DNA of 50,783 nt, filler included, from Jimgerdemannia flammicorona (Eukaryota): assembly GCA_003990765.1 (NCBI GenBank). It is 2 parts of 2 records of this genome, joined end to end, with 100 filler letters (N's around TTAATTAATTAA, not from the genome) between each part and the next. Parts side by side here need not be neighbours in the genome. Positions count along the whole stretch, not along the records: positions 1 to 25,344 come from RBNJ01000844.1; 1 more part is not named here. One strand, given 5' to 3'. The notes beneath the pieces were generated by a model. That model did not search any database. It saw only the letters and a list, made by a program, of their open reading frames with translations, and was not told where the DNA came from. Each line of letters starts with the position of its first letter. Position 1 is the stretch's first letter. Positions 11,605 through 24,774 of this stretch are shown here, in pieces. The position numbers and the translations under genes were made by a program.

Positions 11605-14394
11605 ATGGATGAAACCTCTGAAAACCTCGGCCCGGAGCAGCACAATCTCAACGGCAATGAAGCCTTCAAAGCTGGCGATTTTCACGCCGCATACAAGCAC
11701 TACTCGAAAGCCATCAAGAGGGTCAATCCAAAATGCGCCAAGTACTACACGAACCGCGCCCGCGCAAGCCTCAAGCTCAAACGCTATGCTATTGCTTACG
11801 ACGACGCCGACGAAGCGCTCAAGATCGACCCTGCGAACGTCAAGGCCCACTACTGTAAGGGCGAGGCGCTCTTTGGAAGACTTGACTATCAGCTCGCCCA
11901 GGACCAGTTCGAGAAGGCGCTCCAGTTGACGCCGCACGACAACAATATCCGTCTGAAAATTGACGAATGCAAATCGCTGCAACACGATAAGGAGGTTCAC
12001 CAAGACGAGGTGCAGAAGACAATGCATGCCAACACGACAAAAGAGTGCGAAAATCTCATGGCGGAGCTCAAAAAAGGTCGGTTACCTATCAGTAAAAACT
12101 TCGATCGCAGCCTAGTCGATAGTGCGGCAATGAAAAAAGAAATGGGTGTTTTGGAGGCCACTGTCCCGATAGTCATTGAAGCTCATTGCTATAGAGATGG
12201 TCTACGCGGAAAACAGCAGGATTACGCGAAAGCAATGGAGCTTTTTCGCAAGGCTGCTGATATGGGAAACGCGGAGGCGCAACACAACCTCGGAGTGCTT
12301 TACGGCAGCGCTAAGAATGGACCAGTTGACTTCGCGAAAGCTCTGCATTATTTTAAGATGGCTACTTCACAGTCACTTTTTCAGCTTTCTGGCGTTCCTC
12401 GTCTCGGTGTCGCCCTGGCCCACAACGCCCTTGGAAATTATTATAGTAATGGACTTGGTGTTGAGCGCGACCTAGACAAAGCATTCCAACATTACCAACT
12501 GTCGGCTGCGGGCGGAGACCCTTTTGGGATGAGCAATCTCGGTGTTGCCTACGTGGAAGGCCGAGGCACACCTGTCAACATGCCCAAGGCAATCGAGATG
12601 TACACCAAATCCGCCGAGAAGAACCATCCCGTAGCGCAATACAATTTGGGCTCTATTTATGCCCTAGGAAAGCATGGCGTCGAGAAGAACATCCGGCTGG
12701 CCCGCGATTGGTACACCAAAGCAGCAGCAAACAATTACTCGCTCGCGAAGGTTGCCCTGGCAACGTTGGAGGAGCCTTCTTTCGGTTCTTCACACGGTTC
12801 TTCCCTCGGTTCTTCCCTCGGCTCTCTTCAAAAGGCGGCGGAAAGTGGCGCAGCAGAGGCAATGTACATGTTGGGGGAGGCATATGAAAAAGGAGTCGAC
12901 GGGCAGGATCCGGACATTGAACAGGCGCTACACTGGTTCCAAAAGGCTGCGAAGCAGAACCTTCCCGTGGCGCAATATCGGCTTGGACTCCTCTACCTCA
13001 ACAAGATACCAACGTCCGTCGAACCCAACCGGATCAACAAAGGAGTCAAATACATCCGAGATGCCGCCCAGCTGAATGACCCTCAAGCGCAGTTGATGTT
13101 GTCAGGGTTCTATCGATATGGCGACTACGGCAACAAAAGAGATATAGCCAAGGCTAACAGCTGGCTCTCAAAGGCGAAAGAAAACTGCGTCGATATCCCA
13201 AGTGCTTTACTTGACGTACTTAACAAGAAGGAGGAAAGCAACATTGAATTCGAACAAAAACTTCGTCGTGTTCAGAAATGGGAGCTCTCACAAGGACTCA
13301 CGGACAACAACGCCACAGAACCCATCACAAATCAGGAGCGCATACTGAGGTATTCCCGTTCGAAATTCGAGAAACGTTTTGATGATCCGGAGCGCGCCAA
13401 GGAATTCTTCGAGGAGAGTAACACCTTTACGGGATTGGTGGAACAAGGTCGGGCCTCCACTTCCATTTTGCACCCTACAACATCCAACACGGACATCGAA
13501 GATCGGTACTCCTTGGACAAGCTCGCTGCGTACGCAAACACCCGAGTCGGAGATATCATGATAGCCGCAAAACAGCATTACCTCCGCGGTATCGGCTTCT
13601 TACGCGATGGGGAAATTAGAGGCTTCGCCCACGAATTGTTCCAAGCGTTCAAACTCTGCGATTTCGTCTGCTCTATCCCGGAAGCATTGTGCAAGTCAGG
13701 CTTGTATATCCTACAAGATTTCATCCTCAAGAATCCACACGACGCCGAGGCAAAATTCATTATTGCAATGCTTTCCGTGAGTTTGAAACAACCATTTAGC
13801 ACGGTCATCTCCATATTGGATGAGTGCGTCAAATTACGCCCACAAGAGCCCGCGTTCTACAAATTCCGAGGAAGTATGAAGGCGTTTTCGGATAGGTATA
13901 AAGATGCCGTCTCAGATTTCGATGTCGCGGTGCAGATTCTCGGTCCAAAAGATGGCTATTCCGCTTACTACATGCGTGCGGCGGCAAAGCGTCAGGATAT
14001 CCAGATGGCGAAATCTACTTTGCTCGACTATCAAGTATACCTCGAGCATGCCCCTCCTGGAGATCGCAAGATTCCCGAAGCGCTGTATAGTATGGCGATG
14101 TGCTACTGCATGATGACAGATATGGAAAAGGCGGCTGAGTTCTATGACCGCGGTCTCGAGGCTGAAGCCAAGCGTCTTCCGATCTTTGGTCCCTTCGATT
14201 TCCCACCAAAAGCGGTGATAGGATCCCTCCTGAAAATGGCGTCGTTTTCCAAGCATATAAAGAAGTGCCCTATATCCATGTGCGAAAAGAAGGCTAAAAA
14301 AGCTTGCAGCCGGTGCAATAAGGTCTGGTATTGCAGCGAGGAGCATCAAAAGGCCCACTGGAAGGAGCATAAGCTTGTTTGTGCCAAGAAATAG
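11605..14394 (+). CDS. Intronless TPR - SEL1-repeat - TPR - MYND zinc-finger protein (929 aa)
   Basis: Single open frame. N-terminal TPRs (GNEAFKAGDF, YYTNRARASLKL), about 8 SEL1 repeats (AQHNLGVLY, AQYNLGSIY, AMYMLGEAY), further TPRs, and a C-terminal CxxxxC...CSRCNKVWYCSEEHQKAHWKEHKLVC (MYND). Confidence 0.9.
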   Translation: MDETSENLGPEQHNLNGNEAFKAGDFHAAYKHYSKAIKRVNPKCAKYYTNRARASLKLKRYAIAYDDADEALKIDPANVKAHYCKGEALFGRLDYQLAQDQFEKALQLTPHDNNIRLKIDECKSLQHDKEVHQDEVQKTMHANTTKECENLMAELKKGRLPISKNFDRSLVDSAAMKKEMGVLEATVPIVIEAHCYRDGLRGKQQDYAKAMELFRKAADMGNAEAQHNLGVLYGSAKNGPVDFAKALHYFKMATSQSLFQLSGVPRLGVALAHNALGNYYSNGLGVERDLDKAFQHYQLSAAGGDPFGMSNLGVAYVEGRGTPVNMPKAIEMYTKSAEKNHPVAQYNLGSIYALGKHGVEKNIRLARDWYTKAAANNYSLAKVALATLEEPSFGSSHGSSLGSSLGSLQKAAESGAAEAMYMLGEAYEKGVDGQDPDIEQALHWFQKAAKQNLPVAQYRLGLLYLNKIPTSVEPNRINKGVKYIRDAAQLNDPQAQLMLSGFYRYGDYGNKRDIAKANSWLSKAKENCVDIPSALLDVLNKKEESNIEFEQKLRRVQKWELSQGLTDNNATEPITNQERILRYSRSKFEKRFDDPERAKEFFEESNTFTGLVEQGRASTSILHPTTSNTDIEDRYSLDKLAAYANTRVGDIMIAAKQHYLRGIGFLRDGEIRGFAHELFQAFKLCDFVCSIPEALCKSGLYILQDFILKNPHDAEAKFIIAMLSVSLKQPFSTVISILDECVKLRPQEPAFYKFRGSMKAFSDRYKDAVSDFDVAVQILGPKDGYSAYYMRAAAKRQDIQMAKSTLLDYQVYLEHAPPGDRKIPEALYSMAMCYCMMTDMEKAAEFYDRGLEAEAKRLPIFGPFDFPPKAVIGSLLKMASFSKHIKKCPISMCEKKAKKACSRCNKVWYCSEEHQKAHWKEHKLVCAKK

Positions 14395-15741
14395 TCGATT
14401 CAGCGAAGTTTCACATTTATTTGCCGATTGATAGGTAGTTGAGAGGGAAATAGTTTATGTTGTAAACCTGTAGACTACATACACAGCACAATTTTTAACA
14501 TAAAGTCAATTGGTCAAAGCGTATGAGCGGATCAGGTGCGTTTGAGGTGATCACTCTTAAGCCTGTGAATTTAGTTGCTCTCGACAATGTCCGACGTGAG
14601 CGCAAATGCTCAACAATGAGGTGTCTGTTAAAAAAAAGAAAAATAAGGTTAATATAAATCGGTAGGATGCGAATCGAAGTGGCTTAGCATGATTTATAAA
14701 GAGGACGTGACTTGAAATTGTTATTTTTAAAAGTGGCCGAGCATAAATTGCGATGAAACTCGATGTAGAATGGAAGCGCAGAGATTCTGAAATCAGTCCC
14801 CAACAAGTGTCAGCATGCACCCATCGAAAGAATTTTTGTAGCGGAATGGCGGATGAGTGAGAAGTTGAAGAGGTGCGTACGTCATTCTATGGGAGGATTT
14901 TAATGTTGGTGAGTGTTTTGAAAGGAAGTATTGGAGCTGGCCGAGAAGCAGCCATCCTTCACGAAGCACACATCTTTTCAAAGCCACTCCGACCTCCTCC
15001 TAACTCTTTTCTTTAGCTTTGCTCGCGATCCTCCGCCCTATTATGGAGGCTAGTAGGATCCGGGATGAATGTGCCGTGTCGGCTGAGCCGGTTTGCGGAG
15101 GACACTGAAAGACTGAAAGAGATGTGATACGCAATATGGTTAGCGTGGTTAGCGGGGCTATGTACATTTGATTCGCTTGCTTTGTTTGATCACGTTTTTA
15201 TGCATTTTATTGTTGGTGTGGGAAAAATGATCGTTTCATGACGGGAAGTGGCATGGCTAAGCAGAGAATGGATACAGCTCGGGTCATATGAAGACGTTCT
15301 GCATGTAAGGGTGAAAACGGGATTGACTACAATTTTCATACGGAATGCGATTAAACATATAACATTACGCTGATTAGTTTTATTTTCGAGAAACGCAATG
15401 GCCCAACCGGTATAACAACTCCTTGGGTTTCGGAAAGGTAAAAATGTAGCGAATGCCCCTACATGTGCACGGTAGCAATAGCGTGAGCTGTCAAAAGATG
15501 ATCTTTCCTATGGTGCGCATGGATAGGAAACCTGGAAGCTTGTTGTGGATAGCAACGTTTTGCTGTTACATGCCGGCATTGATGGAAGTTAGTAACAGAA
15601 CTCATGGCAACATGCATAGCGTTAAATATGTATACCAAGATCTCTTTACCTCGCACCATTAGAACTACAATTTCCTCAGGTTTATATCCAATCCCTTCAA
15701 TACCAAACCCAAGCCCGCAATTTTCATACACCACTCGAATC

Positions 15742-16251
15742 ATGTCCAGCCCACATCACACCCAATTCGAAGTAAACGAGCTGGTCGCGACCTACGGCCC
15801 CATGATTGACCACGTCATCCACCACACCTTCACCCATTTCGCCAAACAAATGACCGGCGACTGGAGCCGCTGGATGTGCATGAAAGCGGTCATCGTAATT
15901 AACGGCGCTGGTCAAGTCGGGCTGGACCATGCCAGCGCGATTGAGACCAGGTGTGCCAGATACCCTGGCGAGAGGCGGCAGGTGGACTTGAAACCGTTCC
16001 TGCCACGCGAGTACATTGCGCGCGACGACTGGTGGCGGCTCTGTCGCTGCTTGCTCCCGTTCACCGAGCCCCGCGTGGAACGACCGGCAGCTGTGAATAG
16101 CTTTTGGCGTGAGCTTGAACGCAACATTGATATCGGGGAGGTTCGGACTCGTGAAAAACGCTTAGGCTCTGAATTATATTATTACATAGAGTTCGGTATG
16201 GATCTACGCAATTACACGAGAGTTAGTAGCCGACAACAGATCCGGCGATAG
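15742..16251 (+). CDS. Hypothetical protein, 169 aa, single exon
   Basis: ORF MSSPHHTQFEVNELVATYGPMIDHV... with GC3-rich codons and a globular-looking composition, set in AT-richer flanks. No family recognised. Confidence 0.5.
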   Translation: MSSPHHTQFEVNELVATYGPMIDHVIHHTFTHFAKQMTGDWSRWMCMKAVIVINGAGQVGLDHASAIETRCARYPGERRQVDLKPFLPREYIARDDWWRLCRCLLPFTEPRVERPAAVNSFWRELERNIDIGEVRTREKRLGSELYYYIEFGMDLRNYTRVSSRQQIRR

Positions 16252-16505
16252 GAATAGATAATTAGTAGCTTGGCATTAAAATTCCATTGTGGAGTTTAAA
16301 CCTTGCTTGAGCCTATTACACGACACGATATAATTGTTACATTTTGTGAATATGATGGGCGCGATAAGGTTAGTTCCTCTCCACCATGCTTTAACGACGC
16401 GTATATACATTTTGAGACCCAAGCCACATTGCGCAGTCCCATATCATATACCGTCTTCCGCATCCTGTCAAGGACACGCCTCTTCACAACCCCACGCTAT
16501 GTGAG

Positions 16506-18440
16506 ATGACTTCTCTATCCTCCCTTCCCTTTACCCAGTCCCCCCTCTACATATTCGCCCACCAGTTTTTCTACATTCTCACCGGCCTCTTCCAGACTCT
16601 CGGCGCGCAATGGTTATACTATCAGGGCGCCGCTTGTGAGTGTGTCGCGCGCGTCTCTCTCGAACTGTTGCATACTCTGCGCTTAGGGGTTTCACCTTCG
16701 CTTAGCATGTAGACGGGACAATAAAACGTATTGTTTCATATTCATAAAAGCCACACAACCTTCACTTGTCTTTCTCACAACACCAGCCGGCAAGGCCTTC
16801 ACCACTAGTACTGCGCAGTACTTTGGCATGGCTTGCATTGGACTCTTCCTGCCGTGCATGGGCCGTAGCACTTTTGGCAAAAACTTCGAATACGTGAATC
16901 TTCCCACCATCAACGACGTAAGTTCTGCCTTTCCTTTTTCTCGGTTTGCGTCACTGGCAAGAATCCGATCGCGTCGTCACATAGCCAACCTTTGCCAACA
17001 CGCATTCATGCAACCCCGAATAGACGAAAGCAGAACCTCCCGTTTTCGTTCCCGACCAAAAATCGGCTCGGTCCAAGCACACCCCAGCACCCATGAACCA
17101 CCGCGCGCTGATCCGGCTGGCGAGCCTGGACGTGGTGGCCAACTTCCTCGTCACGGTCGGGTTCTTCTACGTCGGGAGCGGGGTACGTACTATCGCCTTG
17201 TCATTGGTAATCCCAGTGGTTTGCGATCTTTCTTGATTCTTATACTGGTTCATACACAGATGTACCAAGTAATCTATTCCTCAGTGGTGATCTGGTGCGC
17301 GATCCTGTCGTACTTCTTCATGGGCCGCAAGCTCGCCCCCACTCAATGGTTCGCCATCTTCGGGACGTCGGCAGGGCTTGCACTCAGCACGTTGGGGAAC
17401 GTCGGGGCTGGTGGGGATGGTGGGTTTCTTGGGATGTGGGGCCAAGTAGGAGTTTGGTGCGGTTGTGTGCGATGAGAAAGGAATTGATAGTGGGCATGAA
17501 ATGCATTTATTCGCAATGTCAGGGTCGGAGAGCTCACTACCCATCTTTCCATTCCGCACTCCTTAGCCACTAGCAACGCGACCCTCATGTTCGGGATGTT
17601 TGTGACCCTCTTCGCTACCTTTCTTTACGGTTTGTTCCCCTCCTCCTCTCCTTCTCCTTCTTTCCTTCCTCCCCTTCTCCTTTTAATCCTCCCCTCCTCT
17701 TCCAGCCGGTGTCTACGTTCTAGCAGATTATATTATGACGCCGAACGCGGTGTATTCTGCGCCTTCGCCCTTCCGGATGTGCTTCTGGATTGGTTTCTAC
17801 TGCCTGTGCTACGCATTGCTCTGGGTCACGACGTACACGATCCCCCGCCTGGACGAGCTATTCCATCTCACGCCAGGGACTACGAGTACGGAAGTCGCAT
17901 GGTGCTATGCCATTTTGGTTGTGGCGAGCCTGGTGCACGCGGTGAATTATTATGAGGTATGTGTATAATCTGGGCGGGTTGTGGGAGCGGGGAGTCGGGG
18001 ATGGCGTGGTAGGAGGCTTCAAAATTAATAATCCGATCCGTGGAAACGTTATAGGATGGGCACACACTAGATACATCGTTCAACGACGGTATTAACTTAC
18101 CACGTCCTTCCCTCAATTTCTCATACCCTGCAGCTTATCGAGAAGACGGGTCCTGTTGCAGTTGGTGTCCTGAACGGCCTCCGCGCCATCCTCGTCTTCG
18201 GCCTGAGCCACCAGTGGTACTGCGAAACAGACCTGACACAGTGTGAGTTCACGTTTCCTGTGGGTTGCAAACGTTGGCGAGGGGTCGGTTTATTCAGGTT
18301 TCTCGCCACTCACTCTTTCTGCCCTCTGCGCTGCAGGCTTCACGGTTTACAAGGGGTGGGGTAGCATCACGGTTGTCGGGTGTGTGCTGCTGTTCACGCT
18401 TGGCGGGAGAAAGGGCGCGGAGAAGGACGGGAGACATTGA
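16506..18440 (+). CDS. SLC35/EamA-like (nucleotide-sugar transporter family) multi-pass membrane protein, multi-exon
   Basis: Spliced segments include LASLDVVANFLVTVGFFYVGSG-MYQVIYSSVVIWCAILSYFFMGRKL..QW, GVLNGLRAILVFGLSH and KGWGSITVVGCVLLF. About 10 hydrophobic helices. Confidence 0.8.
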
Positions 18441-18993
18441 GGTGATTGGTGTTGGGGTTGAGATTTCTTTGGGGGGAGGCTTATAGATTGAGAATGGAAT
18501 AGTTTTTATTTTGTTTTATTTGTGTTATATTTTTTATGGGGGGTGACGAATATCAAATCCTAGTTCGCGGGTGATAAAATGATGATTAGTAGGTTCTCAT
18601 TTTTGGTAGCACAGCCACAAAGGATCAGATGGCGGGCTAGGGCAAAAAAAATACCTTGCAACCCTTGAGGAATGCCCTGGGGGTTTAAGTCATGGTTTGC
18701 ACAATCTCGAACTGTGATAGATATTAGGTGGGATCAAACAATTGCGACTATGTTTTGACCATGATCAGGGTCTCCACCGATAGGTTGAGAGTCTGCGTAG
18801 TAGGACGGTTGAGAGTATTATAAGAAATAAGGGTGCGAAGCGAAACAGCTCTGAACATTCTTTAATTTAGATCTGCGTATACAATGAAGCATCGTTCGTT
18901 AATTGCCTAAATATTCGGGGAGTATTTGAGGTGTGGGGCGGGGACATAGGAAGCAATTTACGCCATAAGACAAATCGGATACGTGAACAACAA

Positions 18994-19032
<39 letters not shown>

Positions 19033-19924
19033 AAGGTGCGAGTACAATTGAAGCGACTCCTGACTCCGTCGAGAACAGGTACTGTGCATCATAATTTAAA
19101 CGAAAACGACTCTGCCATGCCGGATCCGATGTCGAAATGCAAACGCAATTAAACGGGTTCAGTATGAAACAAGAGCACGTATCGCGGCTTGGTCTCAATA
19201 GTACCATAAAAGAGAGTGGCTGTATACACCAACTTGGTGCTAGTGCGGCTGATTGAATCATAAATAAATAAAAATGTTAACCCAAACTTTACAGTTATGC
19301 ATTATTAATTGGAAACACTTCTCTTATTTAGCTGTCATCACAGTTGATATCTTTATTCCTAAAACCTTTTTTTTTTAATTAACTCAATTTTTTTACATCA
19401 TGCTAATTATTTGTTCGTTGTCACTGCCAAATTGCAGTTTTCGTCGTTATTTGAGAACGGGGAATTTGCAACGCCAAACATAGTTTAGCTGGGATTGGTT
19501 ACACCGAGCCAGATTCGGGGCGCCGTATGAGGAAAGGCTCTAAGCACAAGGTCACAGGGGTTGAAAGAGTGTGAGCCATTCCCGTAACTCATCTGTGTAG
19601 ACCTCGGCAGGCCATGCTTCTTGTGGGCGAACTTTGTTTGTTAATGATTATGTTACAGGAACCGAAAAACCGAGTCGCTGGAAAAAACGAGAACCGCAAC
19701 GTTGTAGGAAGCGAGTCGTTGGAATGTTTGGAATAGCTCGAAGAGGTCGAGTCAGCAGGAAAGCAAAATATTAATTATAATAAGCCCAAGTCACGGCATC
19801 CTCACATAAGCAGAACGAACATTAATGGATTCGAGAACACCTTTCCCATGACCAAAAGTGATTGCTCACGTAACGGAGCAAGGTAACGGACTGTTGTGTA
19901 CTGTATGGCGGCAAGGGTACTGGT

Positions 19925-19992
19925 AGAATGAATTCGTGCAGATACTAAATTTAACCATGCAGAATGAATTCGTGCAGATGCTAAATTTAACC
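19925..19992. repeat. 36-bp tandem duplication
   Basis: AGAATGAATTCGTGCAGATRCTAAATTTAACC occurs twice at a period of 36, with one mismatch. Confidence 0.9.
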
Positions 19993-22367
19993 GAAAACAC
20001 AATCAAACAAACCAGGTTCCAAATTAGGAATTGGACGTGAGTGATGTAAAATGTAAACAGATAATGCATTGGGGATTTATTGGCAAGCGAACCAGACCTT
20101 TTTTTTTTTTTCTCTGGACGCAGTGTGTCGTAGGCGGAAGCGGAAGAGTTTGTGGTAGTTTCTTGGCTTTAAGATATACGGAGCGATACTTGGGGGAGCG
20201 GGAAGGCATGCTGATATGTTTGACTGCTATTGATTGCCCGAAATTAATTTCAAGTACTTACTGGTCGGTCGCTTTCAGCGGTAGATAAATCGGTAGCATA
20301 CAATCTATTCTAGCATTTTATTTTATTTTTGATGTTTTGTTTATATTTATTCCTCCTCAGGGATAAGATCAGACAATGCCCATATTCGGATCTCTCTCTG
20401 ATCGACCATCGGACAGTGGAACATGTGACCTTCGTATTCTCCTCCGTCAATCCATTCTTTGCCACTTGGACAACGAACCTGATCGTCCCTAAAATCCTCC
20501 GACCACTTCGGTGGCGGGGGGATTTGGTTCGGGTGCTCATGGGATTGTAACTTAAAGGACCGACGTAGAAGGAGCTGCACTGCGGGCACATTGGCTGCAG
20601 GTGCACGGTGCGTTGGTGTCTGTTATACACTCATTGGCGGTCGCGAGGTAATTATATAGTAATTACATTTCTGACCATCGAGGCCGGGGACTGGGGTTTG
20701 GGTTGGAGGGTTTGATATCTGGCTCACTATGTCGATGGGAGCGGCTTGCGATGCGGGAAACCCCTAAGTAGGTAAAGAACATAAATCCCGACGCGGGCAG
20801 ATTAGCGCCTGATCTGTCACATAGTATTGATTCATAGATTTCTACGAACAACCAAATTGAAACCTGTTGCTCAAGTTAATACGTCTCGGGTTCTGCTGAC
20901 ATGGATGCATGTCGCCACAAAACAGGTTGTACTCCTCATTTACAGACGGTTTTGATTATCCCAACATGTCATCAGATTGCACCTGCCTACCCAAGATAGA
21001 GAAATGGACGCGTTTTCTATCCCTTATTCCCTCCACTAGTTCGTGCGAGACCCCCTATCATATCCGGGCTCCGACGCTCTTTTGTTTGAGAGGGTCAACC
21101 ACAATCCAAAGCTCCCGGCGTCAGAATATATCTAATATGCTATTTAATTTCCGAGAGTCAAATACATCTGACGCTACTTCGTTCCAGGCATAGGCCTCAA
21201 TTCTGTCTTTGTACGACACCGACCGACGCTCGGTCTCCACTTCCAATAACCCCCCCTTCTTTCTTCCCGAAATCTTTCAGCTATTACGTTATAATTAATT
21301 AGAATAAGTATGTACAGTTGTGTAGTCGTGCTAGGTTCATTGGCAAAAATTCCACGTTACTTAAACGAAGCTATGCCCATCGTAGATATAGCAAGCAAGA
21401 TCTTGTTCTTGTGATTCTTTGACCATATCGTCCTTAGGTCCGAAGAACATCTCCAGGATCTCAGACGTGACGTAATTGCACCATGCAAGGTCCAATCACC
21501 ACAACCGCGGGCAGTATGCCCCCCCCCAGGCTTGACTGTTGCTGGTCGAACGGCAAGGAAATCGGGGGTCCAAGGTCGTGGATCGTAGACCGAAAACACG
21601 CCACTTGATGACTTTGGTGCGGAAAGACCGAGATGGTGCACAAAATGGACCATTCTGCAGCTGTAGTCGGAGTGATGGGAGCGACCCATCACTATGTTGC
21701 AAGTGAATGTTGAAGGCGGCGAGAGAGGAGGCGGAAGGACTCGGTCAAAGCGTCGGTCTTGGTGTTTGGACGATAAGATGAGGAATAAAAAATCGGGTCT
21801 CTGATTCTGGGTAATTGCCACACGATGAACCGGCTTATAAGATGAACTCCGCTTATATAATCTACATTTACATATCGCCATCGTTGAATCGGCTAGTACG
21901 ATCTACATGCCGTCATCTCATTTTTTCAATTTAAAAATTCCATCAATACCTGTGAGCAATTTTTGCCATTCATCTCTGTTCAATATCTCCCAACCATGTC
22001 AGCGACTCAAAGTGATAAAGCTGCGAATTCCTCTCTCTCTAATGTTCCTGACGGGATCAGAGTTACACGTAATATACAAGAAGATGAAAAAGATCCAAAT
22101 ATTTGTTGCCAAGCGATGACAGTGAGCTGAACCGTCTGGATTTACAGCACTTCGTGGTACGATAAGTTTCTCTGGCCCTGGTGATAAAGTATAGAAGCCG
22201 TGTCTATAGTAAAACGGTCGCAATTGTGGTGGAATATTTTTACAGCAATAGTGCCCGACTGTCTGCAGTCATTAATTCTTTACTTTCCGTCTCTTATCTC
22301 ATTCTACTCTCTCGCGCATGGCTCTCATACAACATATCTCGTATAGTCATCTATGCATGATTCCAAT

Positions 22368-22438
22368 TTAGATGCGCAATGATTGTACCTGATCAATTAT
22401 TTGATTAGATGCGCAACATACCTGATCAATTGTTTGAT
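22368..22438. repeat. Imperfect tandem duplication (about 35 bp) upstream of the P450 gene
   Basis: TTAGATGCGCAA...TACCTGATCAATTRTTTGAT occurs twice. Confidence 0.8.
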
Positions 22439-22916
22439 ATAAATTTCCATTCACGAACCTTGGTCCGCAAATCTCAGGTTATGATTTTTGTCAACAAACC
22501 AGGGTAAAACGTGATGTTCAGTGCGGCGAATCTATAAACCACACCACGTGACTAAATAGTGTGGCTGCTGCCAAATCAAAATAGTCATGTGCTTGTCAAT
22601 GATTGGGTAAAATAATTATACATCACTAAAAATCATTGTGATACCTAATGATGACGTATTTCCATTTTAAGACGTAACATAACCGCCTGTCAAGTTGTAG
22701 TAAATCAATCAGAGGATCATTCTACAGAATTATATTTTTTTTCTAGTTTATGAGGATTATAGATTCGCCGCACTGTACTATTCCGATTGAAATAGGCAAA
22801 GGACATCGGTGACGATCCATACTCCGTGCCGCAAATCTTCTCACGTCCAAGCCACGAATCACGCCTTTTAGTATTGATTAATTCTGGGCAGTGCATCTTT
22901 AGCCGGTTGTCAGAAC

Positions 22917-24774
22917 ATGGATGCAACTGGGATTACAGCATCGATCGTCGCATTGCTATGCGGTGCCCTCATTTTCCGCGACATCAACCTTCGGCTAAGG
23001 TAACAAATTTTCGCGTCAACGTTTTGTTGCGAAACTCCCCCCCCCCCAAAAAAAAAGTAACTAGTTTCATGTGCGCAGGTGGAGAAACGTAAATCTCCCT
23101 GGTCCACCTCGCTACCCCCTGATTGGAAGCCTCATTGTCAACGCCAGGGATATCATGGATATGTTTAAGAACCAGTCCCGTTTTGGTACAGTATCGGCAT
23201 TCTTCCCGTTGAACAATCCCATCGTGCTGACGAGCGATCCCGAGGACTTCAAGAGGATATTTACTACGAATATTGCTCCCAAAGGTAGATAAATTTGTTT
23301 CGTTTTATTTATTACGGTACAGTTCTCCAACATGACGTTTTATACACACAGGGAGTACCGTCGAAAGTTTGGGCCAATACCTAGGTCCGAGCGGGATCGT
23401 CTTTTTGGACCACAACGGCCCGGAAATGACGCCATGGAAGACGCATCGTCAGGCTATTGACCAGGCTTTTCGAGTGTCTTCACTGCGAAGTTTCCAGCAC
23501 GCTATTCAAAAGCATGCGGAGGATTTCGTGCAGAGGCTCGAGAGTCAGGATGGTAAAGAAGTCGATATGGTTGTAGAGTTCAGAAGAATTGTTTTGAACA
23601 TTACGTCAGAACTAGTTGGTAAGCATCAAATCTGTTTGTTTTCTTGACAATAGTCGGTGGTGCGGTTTTACAAACCTCGCAGCTAAAATCTACCTTCTTA
23701 ACAAGGCGCTGGTGACGCTCCCGCCGAATTTCTTGCCGCCATGACCGACTTGATCTGGTCGCTCGATTCTCTCCTCATCCGTACACACCTGTCTATAGGC
23801 GGGATCTACTTAAAGTGGTTGAAGCGACGGTCCTTCAAGATTGTTGACAACTTCCTCAACGAAGCGATCCGTGCCAAGCAAGCCGAACTCGCACGACTTA
23901 CAGACGAAGAGCTCTTAGGCCGCCAATCCAACAACCTCCTCGAACTCCTCCTCCTCACCGGTCAATTCACGCCGAAGCAGATTCGCGACCACCTCGTTAT
24001 ATTCTATCTCGCGGGCCTCGACACCGCCGCCAGCCTTCTTCCATCTGCCCTTTTCCAGATTGTGCAGCACCCAGATGTGTGTCGTCGCGCCGTTGCCGAG
24101 CTCGGTTCTGTACGCAGCCCGCTCGCGTACGATGACCTCAAGAAACTGCGTTACACGACACATTGCGTGGAGGAGTCACTCAGAATGCGTGGGCCCATTA
24201 TCGTGACGGCGCGTGACTTGGATCGGGACTACGAGCTCGCTTGTGGACAGGTCGTACCGTCTGGGACGATGTTGTTGGCGCATTTGCATGCCGTGCATTT
24301 CTCAGAGGAGTGGTGGACTGAGCCGCAAAAGTATAATCCTAGTAGGTTCGATAAGGAGGAGAATGGAGGGGTTGTGGAACCAAAGCACCCATTCGCCTAT
24401 GTACCATTCGCTGCCGGACCTAGGATATGCATAGGTAAATAACTGTTCAATTTTTTGTGCGGAAGATCATCTCAAGAGTTTCTGGCCAACTAATTTCTCA
24501 AAATGTGACGAACATTGTAGGACGCAATCTCTTCTTCTCCGAAGCTCTAACGCTTTTGCACAAGACTCTGACACGTCTGTCATTTGAAATCATCGATCAT
24601 CCTGATAATGGCGTCGTGTTGGAAGGTCATGGGTATGCTACACCGTTTCATTGGCGCTGATTGTCCCCCAATGAAGATGATCTAACCTATCTGGCCCATA
24701 CTAAACGTTTTATTGACTTCGGCTACAGATTGAGCATCCCGAAGATGGTCAAATTTCGTGTCATGAAGCGCTAG
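22917..24774 (+). CDS. Cytochrome P450 monooxygenase (6 exons)
   Basis: N-terminal anchor MDATGITASIVALLCGALIF, PGPPRYPLIG hinge, I-helix AGLDT, K-helix EESLR, PSRF, and heme motif PFAAGPRICIG(R). The last exon LSIPKMVKFRVMKR* ends at 24774. Confidence 0.93.

Noticed and set aside
19925..19992. Direct repeat considered as a CRISPR array
   Set aside because: Only two abutting copies, no unique spacers, no cas genes, and a eukaryotic context.
19480..21900. Exon-like fragments with plausible splice sites (for example 20361-20550) and ORF 21357-21881
   Set aside because: Could not be assembled into a gene or matched to a family. They may be pseudogene debris, but this is unsupported.
5106..24774. 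Methyltransferase + transporter + P450 as a biosynthetic gene cluster
   Set aside because: No backbone synthase, and the genes are interspersed with housekeeping genes.
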